A DNA stretch of 64,000 nucleotides from an uncultured delta proteobacterium (lineage in GTDB: Bacteria; Myxococcota_A; Polyangia; Fen-1088): contig CAVYGB010000002.1 of NCBI GenBank assembly GCA_963767925.1, positions 160,001-224,000 on the forward strand. Reading direction: 5' to 3'. Below the pieces are notes generated by a model. That model ran no database searches. It worked only from the letters and a program-made list of their open reading frames with translations, and had not been told where the DNA came from. Every line of letters begins with the position of its first letter. The stretch's first letter is position 1. The translations under genes and the position numbers were made by a program. Shown piece by piece: positions 30,263 to 39,295 of this stretch.

Positions 30263-31744
30263 TCACTGCGGCTCGCAGAAGCCGTAGTTGCAGGCGGGGC
30301 GCCCGGCCGGGCAGTCGGCGGCGTTGGCGCAGGTGGCGCACGAAGAACGGCCGGTGGCCCGGCTCTCGTAATAGCAGCCGCAGCCGAACTGCGGCTGGTA
30401 CGAGGCGATGGGCCCCATCTCCTGATCGCGGCGCACGCGCATGGCGCAGGCGGGGATGTAGCCGCTGGCCACGATGGCGTCGATCAGCGGCTGCTCGAGC
30501 CGGGGCACCGAGAACCGGCGCACCAGGGCGTCGGCCGCGGCCGAGGGCACGCCGTTGGTCGTGGCGGCGAACAGGTGGATGGGCCCCCAGATCGGGTAGT
30601 GCCCATCGCGCACGTTGGCCTTGTCGTTGGCGGTGGGGGTGGAGTCGGGCAGGTAGCCGCAGGCCTGGCCGGTCGACTGGAACATCAAGGTGCGCAGGTT
30701 GGCCCGGGCCTTGTCGGCGAAGTCCGAGGAGAGCACCCCGATGGCCCGCTCGACCACCATGGGGTCGACCACCTCCATCGAGTCGCGCAGGTTGTCCGAG
30801 GAGAGGCGGTCGATGCCCCACCAGCTCGTGGGTGGGACGTTGATGGCGCGCGAGGTGAGCTGGATGGTGCCGGTGCCGGCGCTGCGCACGAAGTAGTAGC
30901 GGGGGTCGATCCAGGGCTGGACGTTGCCCTGGTTGCCCCCCGCCCCGAACAGCAGGTGGGCCGCTTCGGCGCTGATGACCCGCTCCGGGGAGGCGGCGGG
31001 CACCACGAAGTTTATCGCCTGGATCGGCCCCAGGTAGTCGGCCACCCCGGCCCGCGGCTCGTAGCCGCAGGTGCGCGAGTAGATGTCCGACTCGCCCACG
31101 TCGACGGTGTTCCCCTCGGGGCTGAGGCGGCAGGAGTGTTTGGTCCCCTGAGCGTCGAAGAAGAAGGCCCAGTTGTTGGGGATGTCGCGGATGATCCGGC
31201 GGGTCGGGTCGGCGTCGAACATCGAGGCCACACCCCGGCAGGAGGTCTGGGGCTGGAAGACGACGACGTAGGGCGGGGCGCCGGCCGCCAGCAGGGGCGC
31301 CACGGCCTGCAGCAGCGGCAGGAAGTTGGTCGAGCCGGTCGAGTAGATGACGTTGCGGGACAAGTCGGCGCAGTTGATCGTGGGGACGGGCTGGGCGTTC
31401 ACCAGCGCGGGGGTGGCGCCCAGGTCGGCCGGCGGGACGAGCGCGTTCAAGGCGGTCCCGCTCTGGCACAGGCCCAGCCGGGTGCAGTTGTCGAAGGGGA
31501 GGCACTGGGCGGCGGTGCAGGCGTTGCTGAACTCGGCCTGGGTGCGGGGCGTGCCGAGAAAGCAGCCGGGCGGGCCCAGCCCCGAATACACGCAGACGCC
31601 CTGGGCGCCGCAGCGCGGATACCCCTCGAAGCCGAGGCAGTCGGCGTCGGTCCGGCACTGCACGACGCCCCGGTCGACGAGCGCCGAGCAGCTCGACAGC
31701 GCCGCCAGCGCGGCCGCCGTCAGGCCCAACCTGCTCCCTTGCAT
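30263..31744 (-). CDS. Cys-rich lipoprotein with PstS/PBP2-like central domain
   Basis: MQGSRL..LSSC lipobox; TGST, RSAGTGT, GHYPIWGP; Cys-rich N- and C-terminal repeats. Confidence 0.7.
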   Translation of the reverse strand: MQGSRLGLTAAALAALSSCSALVDRGVVQCRTDADCLGFEGYPRCGAQGVCVYSGLGPPGCFLGTPRTQAEFSNACTAAQCLPFDNCTRLGLCQSGTALNALVPPADLGATPALVNAQPVPTINCADLSRNVIYSTGSTNFLPLLQAVAPLLAAGAPPYVVVFQPQTSCRGVASMFDADPTRRIIRDIPNNWAFFFDAQGTKHSCRLSPEGNTVDVGESDIYSRTCGYEPRAGVADYLGPIQAINFVVPAASPERVISAEAAHLLFGAGGNQGNVQPWIDPRYYFVRSAGTGTIQLTSRAINVPPTSWWGIDRLSSDNLRDSMEVVDPMVVERAIGVLSSDFADKARANLRTLMFQSTGQACGYLPDSTPTANDKANVRDGHYPIWGPIHLFAATTNGVPSAAADALVRRFSVPRLEQPLIDAIVASGYIPACAMRVRRDQEMGPIASYQPQFGCGCYYESRATGRSSCATCANAADCPAGRPACNYGFCEPQ

Positions 31745-31779
31745 GGCTGTCCTTTCTTCTCTTCTCGTCAGGGAGATCT

Positions 31780-32745
31780 CTAGAAAGTTGCCCCGAAGGC
31801 CAGCCCGCCCGCGGCCGGCCCCACCTGCACCGCCCGCGCCTCCGCGCGCTCCTCGTCCGCACCCCCGCTGAAGTAGGCGGTGAGGATCACCGCCAGCAGC
31901 GTGCTGGCGGCGAGCACGTCCCCGGCGACGGCGAGCCGCTGGTTGAACAGGGCCTTGGCCCGCAGCCGGCCCGGCGTCACCGGATAGGTGCTGCGGAGTT
32001 GCTGGAGCTGCCGCGAGCCCATGGCGGCCGCCGTGTAGGCCCCCGCGGTGGCGGCGGCCAGCAGGCCGTTCATCGTCCAGGCCAGCGCCGAATGGCCACC
32101 CGAGCGGGGAGCTGGCCGCGCGGGCGGCGGCGCGGTCGCGCGGACCGGGGCGGGCGCCGCCAGCCGGGGGGGCGGGTCGGCGGGCGGGGGACCCAGCTCG
32201 AGCGCCACCCGCACGGTCTCGCGCGCGGCCACGTCGACCTCGCGGCTGGCGCGCGGTCCGCCCGGGCAGCTCACCGCCAGGCGGCGCCTCCCGATGGAGA
32301 CCAGCAGCGACTCGGCCAGCGGGGTGGTGCCCACCCGCTGATCGTCGACCGCCACCTCGCACCGCTCCCGGTCGCTGCGCAGCTCGATGTGGCCGACCCG
32401 GTCGCGCAGCAGCTCGACCGTCTCGCGGACCTCGGCGTGGTGGGCGGCCTGCTTGCCCGTCTCGACGAGGAAACGCTCCAGGGTGCGCAGGGCGGCGGCG
32501 TATTCGCGGAGCTGGAACTCGGTCTGCCCGATGTTGTAGAGGGCGCTGGCCCGGGGCAGCAGGGTGTGGGCCCGGCGGAACTCGAGCAGGGCGCCGCGGA
32601 AGTCCCCCTCGTTGTAGAGCATCACCCCGCGCTGGAAACGCCGGGAGGCCTCGGTGGCGACGTTCGCGCCCTGGGCGCGCGCGGCCACCGGCGCCAGCAG
32701 GGTGGCGGCGATCAGGGCCAGGCAGCGAGCCAGCTGGCCGATCAT
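31780..32745 (-). CDS. Secreted/membrane TPR + PEGA-like protein
   Basis: Signal peptide; FQRG..LY..GDF..AL.EF, LYNIGQ; VDDQRVGTTPL; C-terminal GLAFGATF; ATGA overlap with the upstream gene. Confidence 0.85.
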   Translation of the reverse strand: MIGQLARCLALIAATLLAPVAARAQGANVATEASRRFQRGVMLYNEGDFRGALLEFRRAHTLLPRASALYNIGQTEFQLREYAAALRTLERFLVETGKQAAHHAEVRETVELLRDRVGHIELRSDRERCEVAVDDQRVGTTPLAESLLVSIGRRRLAVSCPGGPRASREVDVAARETVRVALELGPPPADPPPRLAAPAPVRATAPPPARPAPRSGGHSALAWTMNGLLAAATAGAYTAAAMGSRQLQQLRSTYPVTPGRLRAKALFNQRLAVAGDVLAASTLLAVILTAYFSGGADEERAEARAVQVGPAAGGLAFGATF

Positions 32746-33749
32746 CGGTGGTCGTCCGCGTAGGGGTCGCGGGCCTCGATGCGGCGGCGCCCGGGCTCGG
32801 GATCGAGGCCGGGGCTGCTCGGGCGGCCGGTCGGCGGGCCGAGCCGCCGGGCGGGGACAGCGGGGGGACGGCGGACGTTGCGCTCGCGGCCCCCGCCCAC
32901 CGCGGACAGCGGCGAGAGGCTCAGGTCCAGCACGACGTTGTCGGAGAAGGTCACGAACCGCTCCTTGCTCTCGTAGCCGGGGGCCACCACCCGCAGGTGG
33001 TGGGTGTCCGGATTGCGGGGGAAGCGGGCGACGAAGGTGCTCGACGGCATGAGGTGGCCATCGACCCGCACCTTGGCGTTCTCCGGCCACACCGTGACCG
33101 ACAGCAGGATCGTGTCGACCACCGGCGGCGGCGCCTCGGCGGGAGGATCGGCGCCGAGGGTGGGATCGGCCCCCGGGTCGGGGGCAGGGTCGGTCCCGGG
33201 ATCGGCGGCCTGCTCGGACCCGGGATCGGAGGGCAACGGGGGGGCCGGCCCGGCGGCCGAGGACGTGGGCTCGGGATCGGGGGGCGCGCCGCCGGACGGG
33301 GACTCCCGCTCCGAGCCGGGCGCCGCCTCGGGCGGCTGCTCGGCGGCGAAGACCGCCGCCGCGCTGGCCGGGGGGGACCCTCCCGGGCCGGGGCCCTCCG
33401 GCGGCGACTCGGGCAGCGCCGGCGCCGCGGCCAGCGCCTCGACCGGGGCCGCCTCGGGCCCGCCCCATCCGTCGAGCAAGCGGGTCAACGCGGTCCCCGC
33501 CATGAACGACACGACGACGAGGATCAACGCGCCCAGGGCCACCAGCACCGGCCGCAGGCGCAGGTACAGCCGCGCGCCCCGGTGCCGGATCATCGTCACG
33601 GTGGGCGGGCGGGCCACCGTGGTCTTGTCATCCGGATCGTAGAAGGACGCGTCCGGATCGGACCCGCGGTGAAAAGAGGAGAAGGACCGCGCGCTCGGCG
33701 TGATCGGTTCGATGACGAGCGTGGTGGGCTTGCGAGGTCGCGGCTTCAT
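32742..33749 (-). CDS. Single-TM protein with Pro-rich linker and PEGA-like domain
   Basis: TM LVALGALILVVVSFMAG; P.NAKVRVDG...HLRVVAPGY; tail RRIEARDPY. Confidence 0.75.
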   Translation of the reverse strand: MKPRPRKPTTLVIEPITPSARSFSSFHRGSDPDASFYDPDDKTTVARPPTVTMIRHRGARLYLRLRPVLVALGALILVVVSFMAGTALTRLLDGWGGPEAAPVEALAAAPALPESPPEGPGPGGSPPASAAAVFAAEQPPEAAPGSERESPSGGAPPDPEPTSSAAGPAPPLPSDPGSEQAADPGTDPAPDPGADPTLGADPPAEAPPPVVDTILLSVTVWPENAKVRVDGHLMPSSTFVARFPRNPDTHHLRVVAPGYESKERFVTFSDNVVLDLSLSPLSAVGGGRERNVRRPPAVPARRLGPPTGRPSSPGLDPEPGRRRIEARDPYADDHR

Positions 33750-34259
33750 GGTTCACCGGATGGGCAGCAGCAGGGGGGCCCGACAGAGGCGAGTTCGAAG
33801 GAACTACTCGGCGAGCGCGCCTGACGATGAGCTCCGCGATCAAAGCCCACCCACGTTCGGCGCGAAAGCTCGGCTAGGAAGAGAATGGAGCCAGCGGCGG
33901 GGGCGCAGCGGAGGGCTCGGAGAAACTCGATCAAAGTATCAAAACGAGCCCGGTATTTTCACCCGTGTTTGAACAAAATTTCTCTCTGTTTTCGATTTTC
34001 CGCCTCGGTGTGGGACAAAAACCTTCGAGGGGCCTGATTACCCTGAGCGGGAAACCCGCGCCATTGCCCAAACAAGAAGGGACGGTAACAACACCATCAC
34101 AAACCCAGCACACGCACCGGTCAGGTCGTTGAGCCACTTACATGGCCGCCAGAACCCCTGAGCGCCCCCTGAACCGGATCCGTCGAGGGGCCTGAGGCCG
34201 GCGCCAGCGCGGGCGGGCGCAGACAGCAGAGAGCGGGTGCCTCTCTCCTCTCTTCGGCA

Positions 34260-34380
34260 CCCTCTCCCCGCGCCTGCCGTTGGGAGAGGGCGGGGTGAGG
34301 GGCGGTTGCCACGCCGGAGAACCTCACCCGGCGCGCAGACGCGCCGACCTCCCCACGGCAGACCGCGGGGAGAGGTGATG
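34260..34380. repeat. REP-containing dispersed repeat, inverted copy of ~52411-52548
   Basis: ggttgccacgccggag..cctcaccc..cgcgcagacgcgc..cggcagaccgcggggagaggtga is present at both loci in opposite orientation. Confidence 0.8.
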
Positions 34381-34448
34381 GAGGGTGGGAACGCCGGTGG
34401 CTCTGCCCTGCAGATGATCGGGGCCGCCGCGCTCGCGGCGAACGTCGA

Positions 34449-35486
34449 TCAGGCGACGCGGAGGCCGGTGGCGGGGGGGCGGGCGACCACCGTCGTGTGG
34501 GCGGTGGGGCGGCGGAGGCGGGCGGCGCTGGCGCCGTCGTTGGCGGCCGGCTCGGTCAGGCTGAGGTGCAGGAGCGCCGGCGATTGGGGCCGGGGCGGGA
34601 TCGACATGTCGGCCACCGGCCGCGCCGCCCGGGCGAGCTGCTCGGCGAACTCGAGGATGCGGGGGTAGCGGCCCTCGGCGCGCTTGCACAGCGCCCGGCG
34701 CAACACCGCCTCCACGCCGTCGGCCGGCCAGGCGACCCGCGAGCCCAGCGGCGCCGGCTCGGCGTGGATGATCCGGGCCAGGACCTCGACCGTCGTGTCG
34801 CCCGGGAAGGGATCGGCCCCGGTGAGCAAGACGTAGGTCAGCACGGCGAGGGCGAACTGATCGGCCCGCCCGTCGATCTCGTCGTTGCGGCACTCGGCCT
34901 GCTCGGGCGCCATGTACGAGGGCGTGCCCAGCATGAGGCTGGTCGGCTCGGTCGAGCCCGAGCGGGTGCCGAACATCTGGGCCACCCCGAAGTCGAGCAC
35001 CTTGACCAGGTCGCGGTGGCCCTCGCGATCGACGAGCATGACGTTGGCCGGCTTCAGATCGCCGTGCACCACCCGCCGGGCGTGGGCCGCCTCGAGCGCC
35101 GAGGCGATCTGGTGGACGATGCGCACCACCCGATCGAGCGAGAGCGGTCCCCCCTCCACCACGTGCTGGGCGAGGTCGCGGCCCTCGACGTGCTCCATGA
35201 CGAGGAAGGGGACGCCCTCGGACAGCAGGTCGAAGTCGAACACCTGCACCACGTTGGGGTGGCGGATGAGGGCCAGGATCTCGGCCTCGCGCCGGAAGCG
35301 GGCGATCGACTTGGCATCGCCGGCCAGGCGAGCGTTGAGGATCTTGACGGCGAAGCTGCCGGGCAGCCGCACGTGCCGGGCGCGGTAGACCTCTCCCATG
35401 CCGCCCGAGGCGAGCTTGTCCCCGATGAGGTACGTCTCGCGCAGGAGCGTCTCCGGTTGCAAGAGAGGCTGGTTACCGCCCGACAT
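34449..35486 (-). CDS. Ser/Thr protein kinase, catalytic domain only
   Basis: [37 protein letters not shown]. Confidence 0.93.
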   Translation of the reverse strand: MSGGNQPLLQPETLLRETYLIGDKLASGGMGEVYRARHVRLPGSFAVKILNARLAGDAKSIARFRREAEILALIRHPNVVQVFDFDLLSEGVPFLVMEHVEGRDLAQHVVEGGPLSLDRVVRIVHQIASALEAAHARRVVHGDLKPANVMLVDREGHRDLVKVLDFGVAQMFGTRSGSTEPTSLMLGTPSYMAPEQAECRNDEIDGRADQFALAVLTYVLLTGADPFPGDTTVEVLARIIHAEPAPLGSRVAWPADGVEAVLRRALCKRAEGRYPRILEFAEQLARAARPVADMSIPPRPQSPALLHLSLTEPAANDGASAARLRRPTAHTTVVARPPATGLRVA

Positions 35487-35530
35487 CGTGCTTCCTTTCG
35501 AGCCAGACGACCACCTGCGGTGGCCATCCG

Positions 35531-35695
35531 TCAATTTTCGTAGCGCTGCAAGAGCTCGCCTTCCGAGAGCTGCCGGGGGGGACTGCGTCCCTCCACCACC
35601 TGGCGATCGTCCTCCGGGCGCGCTTCGGGCTCCTGCTCCGGCTGCTGGGTGTTCGAACGGGGCGGGCTCCGGCGGTCCTGGCGCGATCGGTTCAT
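35531..35695 (-). CDS. Small hydrophilic hypothetical protein
   Basis: ATG preceded by gggagga; MNRSRQ..LLQRYEN; ends just upstream of the kinase. Confidence 0.35.
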   Translation of the reverse strand: MNRSRQDRRSPPRSNTQQPEQEPEARPEDDRQVVEGRSPPRQLSEGELLQRYEN

Positions 35696-35928
35696 GCGTC
35701 CTCCCGGGTTCACGCCGGGATCAGTATCCACGTACCGTGCCAAGGGCAGCAGGTCACACGCGCACCGCGCGAAACCCCGGCGCGACACGTCCGGCCGGGC
35801 GCGGCAGCGGTTATTGCTTTTCGATCTCTACACATGGCCGGCCCTGACGTAACCGTCTGCGCCCATGTGAGGAGTGCTAGCCCTGGCCGGCGAGCCGACC
35901 TATTCTTCATTCGTAGGGAGACAACGAC

Positions 35929-36153
35929 ATGCGGCGAATTTCCGGCAATTTGGACGACGGACGGATCGTTTTCGGGTCACGGCCAGCCGCGGCGCAGACC
36001 AAAGCTCGCGATCCAGTCTGCGGAATGCTGGTCGACCCGAGCGCCGCGCCCCAGGCCATGCACAGCGGGCACAGCTATTTCTTCTGCTCGCCCGAGTGTC
36101 GGGAAAAGTTCGAGACCGACCCGGACAAGTTCCTGTCCGGTTCGGGGACGTAG
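35929..36153 (+). CDS. YHS-domain protein
   Basis: DPVCGM.VD...YFFCS..C..KF..DP.KF. Confidence 0.85.
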   Translation: MRRISGNLDDGRIVFGSRPAAAQTKARDPVCGMLVDPSAAPQAMHSGHSYFFCSPECREKFETDPDKFLSGSGT

Positions 36154-36252
36154 CAGCGCCTCTCCGGATCCAGGCGCCTGACGCGGAAAAATGCCCGGGA
36201 TCACCGGGCAGCGCGCGGGCCCGGCTCGGGCCCGCTGGCGCACTGGCCCCTC

Positions 36253-36681
36253 TCAGATTCTCGAGGGAGCGGGATCCGCGAGTCGTCGGTAGGCCCCGAG
36301 CAGCAGCAGCCAGGTGCTCGCCTGCATCAGCCAGGTGGCGGGCCGCCGCCGCCCGCTGAGCATCAGCGCGAGCGACCCGGCCGCCAGGGCGCCCGCGGCC
36401 AGCGCGGGGCCCTCGCGCAGCAGCCGTTCCTTCATCGAGGGGGTGCAGGGGACCATCGTCATCGGCAAGGGCGCCTCCAGGGGCAGCCCGACCGACCCGA
36501 CCGGAGGCGGTATCCGCGGCGGCGCAGCCGCCGTCGCGACGCCGCCGCCCGTGGTCCAGCTCGGCGGGTCGCTGGCCGGGAACGAATCGTCGATGGTCTC
36601 ATCGATCTGCCTCTCGCCCGCGCGCGTCTGGTTCGTGTTCACCGCTTTGCCCCCGCTGTCGCTGGTTACCCGCTCGGCCAT
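36253..36681 (-). CDS. Conserved hypothetical membrane protein
   Basis: IDE..DDSFPASDPPSWT motif and two C-terminal hydrophobic segments. Confidence 0.7.
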   Translation of the reverse strand: MAERVTSDSGGKAVNTNQTRAGERQIDETIDDSFPASDPPSWTTGGGVATAAAPPRIPPPVGSVGLPLEAPLPMTMVPCTPSMKERLLREGPALAAGALAAGSLALMLSGRRRPATWLMQASTWLLLLGAYRRLADPAPSRI

Positions 36682-36810
36682 GACGCTCGCAACGATGGGT
36701 CCGCCGGAGACGGGGGCAACCGGCCCCCCAAAATGATACGGCGGGTAGGCCCCTGGGGGCCCGACCCGCCGTCCGCTGTCGGGCGAGGCCCGACCGGTCG
36801 CTCGACTACA

Positions 36811-37290
36811 TCAATTGAAGGAATGCTTGAGGCTGCTCATGCGGGCGTGGGTCATCTCCTGTGCGCCCCGGAGCTGGGTCTCGGCAACCTTGCGCGACTC
36901 GGCGTCGAGCTTGTCCAGCTCCTCGCGCGCCCGGTACATCTTGAGGCCGTAGTCCTCGCCCTCCTCGAGCGCGGCCAGGGCGGCGCGGGCCCCGAACACC
37001 TTGGCCCCGCCCTCGACCAGCTTGGCGAAGCCACCCCACACGCCCGATCCGTCCGAGGGGCGCCCGCCGAGCTGCTGGATGCGGGTGCGCAGCAGGTTCA
37101 CCCGCTCCTGGTGCGAGCGCAGACACTCGTCGAGCGCGCTGCGGATGCTCGGCTCGCTGATCTTGCCCGCGGCCATCTGGTAGGTCTCGACCGCGGAGAT
37201 CTCGCCACGCAGGTAGCTGTTGAGCACCTCGACGCTCTTCTCCAGGGTCTCGGGGGTCGTCGTCGAACGAACGTTTGGATCGATTGCCAT
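36811..37290 (-). CDS. DUF2383/PA2169 ferritin-like protein
   Basis: LNSYLRGEISAVETY, H..R...L...I..LGG.P, LEEGED.G; RBS aaggag. Confidence 0.85.
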   Translation of the reverse strand: MAIDPNVRSTTTPETLEKSVEVLNSYLRGEISAVETYQMAAGKISEPSIRSALDECLRSHQERVNLLRTRIQQLGGRPSDGSGVWGGFAKLVEGGAKVFGARAALAALEEGEDYGLKMYRAREELDKLDAESRKVAETQLRGAQEMTHARMSSLKHSFN

Positions 37291-37483
37291 CGTCAGCGTC
37301 TCCTTCACTTGGGTTTGGTACTGGTGCGGACTATGGAGTCGAAACTCCATCAAGCAATGTCGATGGCCCACGGGTTCGAGGTCACCGCTCTGTGACCCCG
37401 GCGATCCGCGGCAGTAACGTCCCGCCCGCTCTGGATCGGCGCAAAATCAGCGCGAATCGCCCTTTCGGGGTCGTTTCGGTCCT

Positions 37484-37498
37484 TGGCATGCCGCTTGA
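37484..37498 (+). promoter_or_regulatory. Putative sigma-54 promoter
   Basis: TGGCATG-ccgc-TTGA, ~65 bp upstream of the ATG at 37563. Confidence 0.45.
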
Positions 37499-37562
37499 GT
37501 ACTTTCCTCACTGCGGACCGAACCGCGAATGGTCGTGTTGGATGGAAAAAGGAGCTAAGAGC

Positions 37563-38300
37563 ATGAGTACTGAGACGAAGCGATACGGGAAGTGCGGGGC
37601 GCTGTTTCGTGGGTCGCTCGTCCCGGCGCTGCTCTGCGGGTTGGCGCTTCCGGCTGCCGCCTACGCGCAGACGGAGAGCCAGGGCGAGGTGCCACTCGGA
37701 CAAGGTGCCCCACCTTCGCAACTTCCGGCACCGCGGTCAGACAATGACCCGCAGCCGGCAGTGCCAGCCCCCACGGTGCCAGTGACGGGCGTGACCAAGC
37801 AGGCCGGCGTCGGCGGGACGCAGGCCTATGGGCGGGCGGGGGTGATGGAGCTGGGTGGCTCGGCCGGGTTCTCGGCGGCCTCCAACTACAGCCGCTTCGA
37901 GCTGTCGCCCTCTATCGGCGTCTACGCGGTCGACAACCTGGAGTTCTCGCTCCTCACCGGCTTCAGCCACTTCCGCATCGGGGCCTCCGACGGCGCCGAG
38001 GCGGCCTCCGCGACGGAGATCAAGGCGCTGATCGAGCCGAGCCTCCACCTGCCCTTCTCGCAGGTGGCGTTCGGCTTCGTCGGCGTCGGCGCGGGCTTCA
38101 ACTACATCAGCGGGCACGACGCGGGCTTTGCCCTCCAGCCGCGGCTGGGGTTCAACTTCCTCATCGGCCGCTCCGGTGTGCTGACCCCCGCCTTCAACGT
38201 GGCTTACTCGACCGTCGAGGCGCTGCGGACCGAGGTCGGGACGGTGCTGGCCGTGCAGACCTCGTACGGCATGAACATCGGCTACACGGTCATGTGGTAA
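37563..38300 (+). CDS. Small outer-membrane beta-barrel protein
   Basis: RBS aaggag; signal peptide ending AYA-Q; amphipathic strands; terminal GYTVMW. Confidence 0.8.
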   Translation: MSTETKRYGKCGALFRGSLVPALLCGLALPAAAYAQTESQGEVPLGQGAPPSQLPAPRSDNDPQPAVPAPTVPVTGVTKQAGVGGTQAYGRAGVMELGGSAGFSAASNYSRFELSPSIGVYAVDNLEFSLLTGFSHFRIGASDGAEAASATEIKALIEPSLHLPFSQVAFGFVGVGAGFNYISGHDAGFALQPRLGFNFLIGRSGVLTPAFNVAYSTVEALRTEVGTVLAVQTSYGMNIGYTVMW

Positions 38301-38340
38301 GGCCCCCCCGGCTAGCACAACCGAAAGCGACAACCACCGA

Positions 38341-38421
38341 GACCCCGGCCGGGATTTCCCGACCGGGGTCTCGTCTTTTCCCCCCGGCCCGGGATCCCTC
38401 CGACCGGGGGTTTTCTCTTTT
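38341..38421 (+). terminator. Two tandem, mutually similar GC hairpins with T-rich tails (intrinsic terminators)
   Basis: gaccccgg..ccggggtc (38341-38370) and cccccgg..ccggggg followed by ttttctctttt (38381-38421). Confidence 0.7.
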
Positions 38422-38629
38422 CCGCGAACCTTTCCCGAGCTGCGGTGTTGGATCGGGGGCGGGGAGACGCCCAGGTCGGCCGCAGGAGACCGAAGAGCGC
38501 CTGCAGCAGCGCACGCGGGCCCTCGAGGAGCGCCTCGAGCGCCTGGAGAAGCAGCTCCAGCAGCCAGCGCCGAAGAAGTGAGTCCCCCACCGGCGCGCAT
38601 GGCGTTCGGTCATGCGCCGCACGGCCGAA

Positions 38630-39084
38630 GACCCCTCACCCCTCCCTCTCCCCGCTGCCGCGGGGCGAGGGCGAACACCTTCAGATGAACGCCGACGGCA
38701 GCGCGGTGACCGGCAGCAAGCTGGCCGAGGCCGCCGCCCCCGGCACCATCCCCTGGCTCCTGCCCGGCGCCACCCCGAAGGCGCCCGCCGGCCAGCTCGC
38801 CCCGGCCAGCTACATCCAGCGGATCGCCACCACCGGCGGCCTCACCCCCACCGCCCTGCGACGCCACCCGCGCCGGCCGCGACACCGGCACCTTCTACAC
38901 CGCCACCTACCTCTTCTTCCGCAAGGTCCCTTGATCGAGGCGAAGGCGTTCAGCGGACCGTTTGCCCTCTCCCCGGCCACAGACGGCCGCGGGGAGAGGG
39001 TCCAGGAGCACCGAGCGGTTTGATCCGCGAACACCGGAGCCCCTCACCCCTCCCTGTCCCCGCTGCCCCGGGGCGAGGGCGAAC
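38630..39084. repeat. Cluster of three REP-like units (~38630-38676, ~38960-39003, ~39041-39084)
   Basis: cccctcacccc..ct(c/g)tccccgctgcc..ggggcgagggcgaac family, same as 2125-2290. Confidence 0.8.
38685..38934 (+). pseudogene. DUF3455-like C-terminal remnant, frameshift at ~38855
   Basis: DGSAVTG..IPWLL..SYIQRIATTGG.TP, then in a shifted frame C...YTATYLFF-stop. Confidence 0.7.
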
Positions 39085-39118
39085 GGAACGGTGAGCCGAA
39101 TCCTCGGAGAAGGTCGCC

Positions 39119-39280
39119 ATGGACCCCACTCGGAAGATGATCGAGGCCACATCGCCCGACCTGTGGTGCCCGGTCGGCCACCTCGGCCACCTGCTGGCCG
39201 GCCACCTGTTGCCCACCGCCCTGCTCGGCCTGCTCGGCGCCTGGCTGGGCCAGCGCCTGCTGGGCCTCCGCGGCCTCTAG
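39119..39280 (+). pseudogene. Remnant resembling the C-terminus of a DUF1109/NrsF anti-sigma factor
   Basis: Hand translation DLWCPVGHLGHLLAGHLLPTALLGLLGAWLGQRLL. Confidence 0.5.
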
Positions 39281-39295
39281 CAGCGCCCGCGCGAC

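Noticed and set aside
33960..34140. c-di-GMP-I riboswitch in the AT-richer intergenic region
   Set aside because: Only a loose gggacaaaaacc..ggcctga resemblance, on the strand opposite the downstream genes and without the 5' half.
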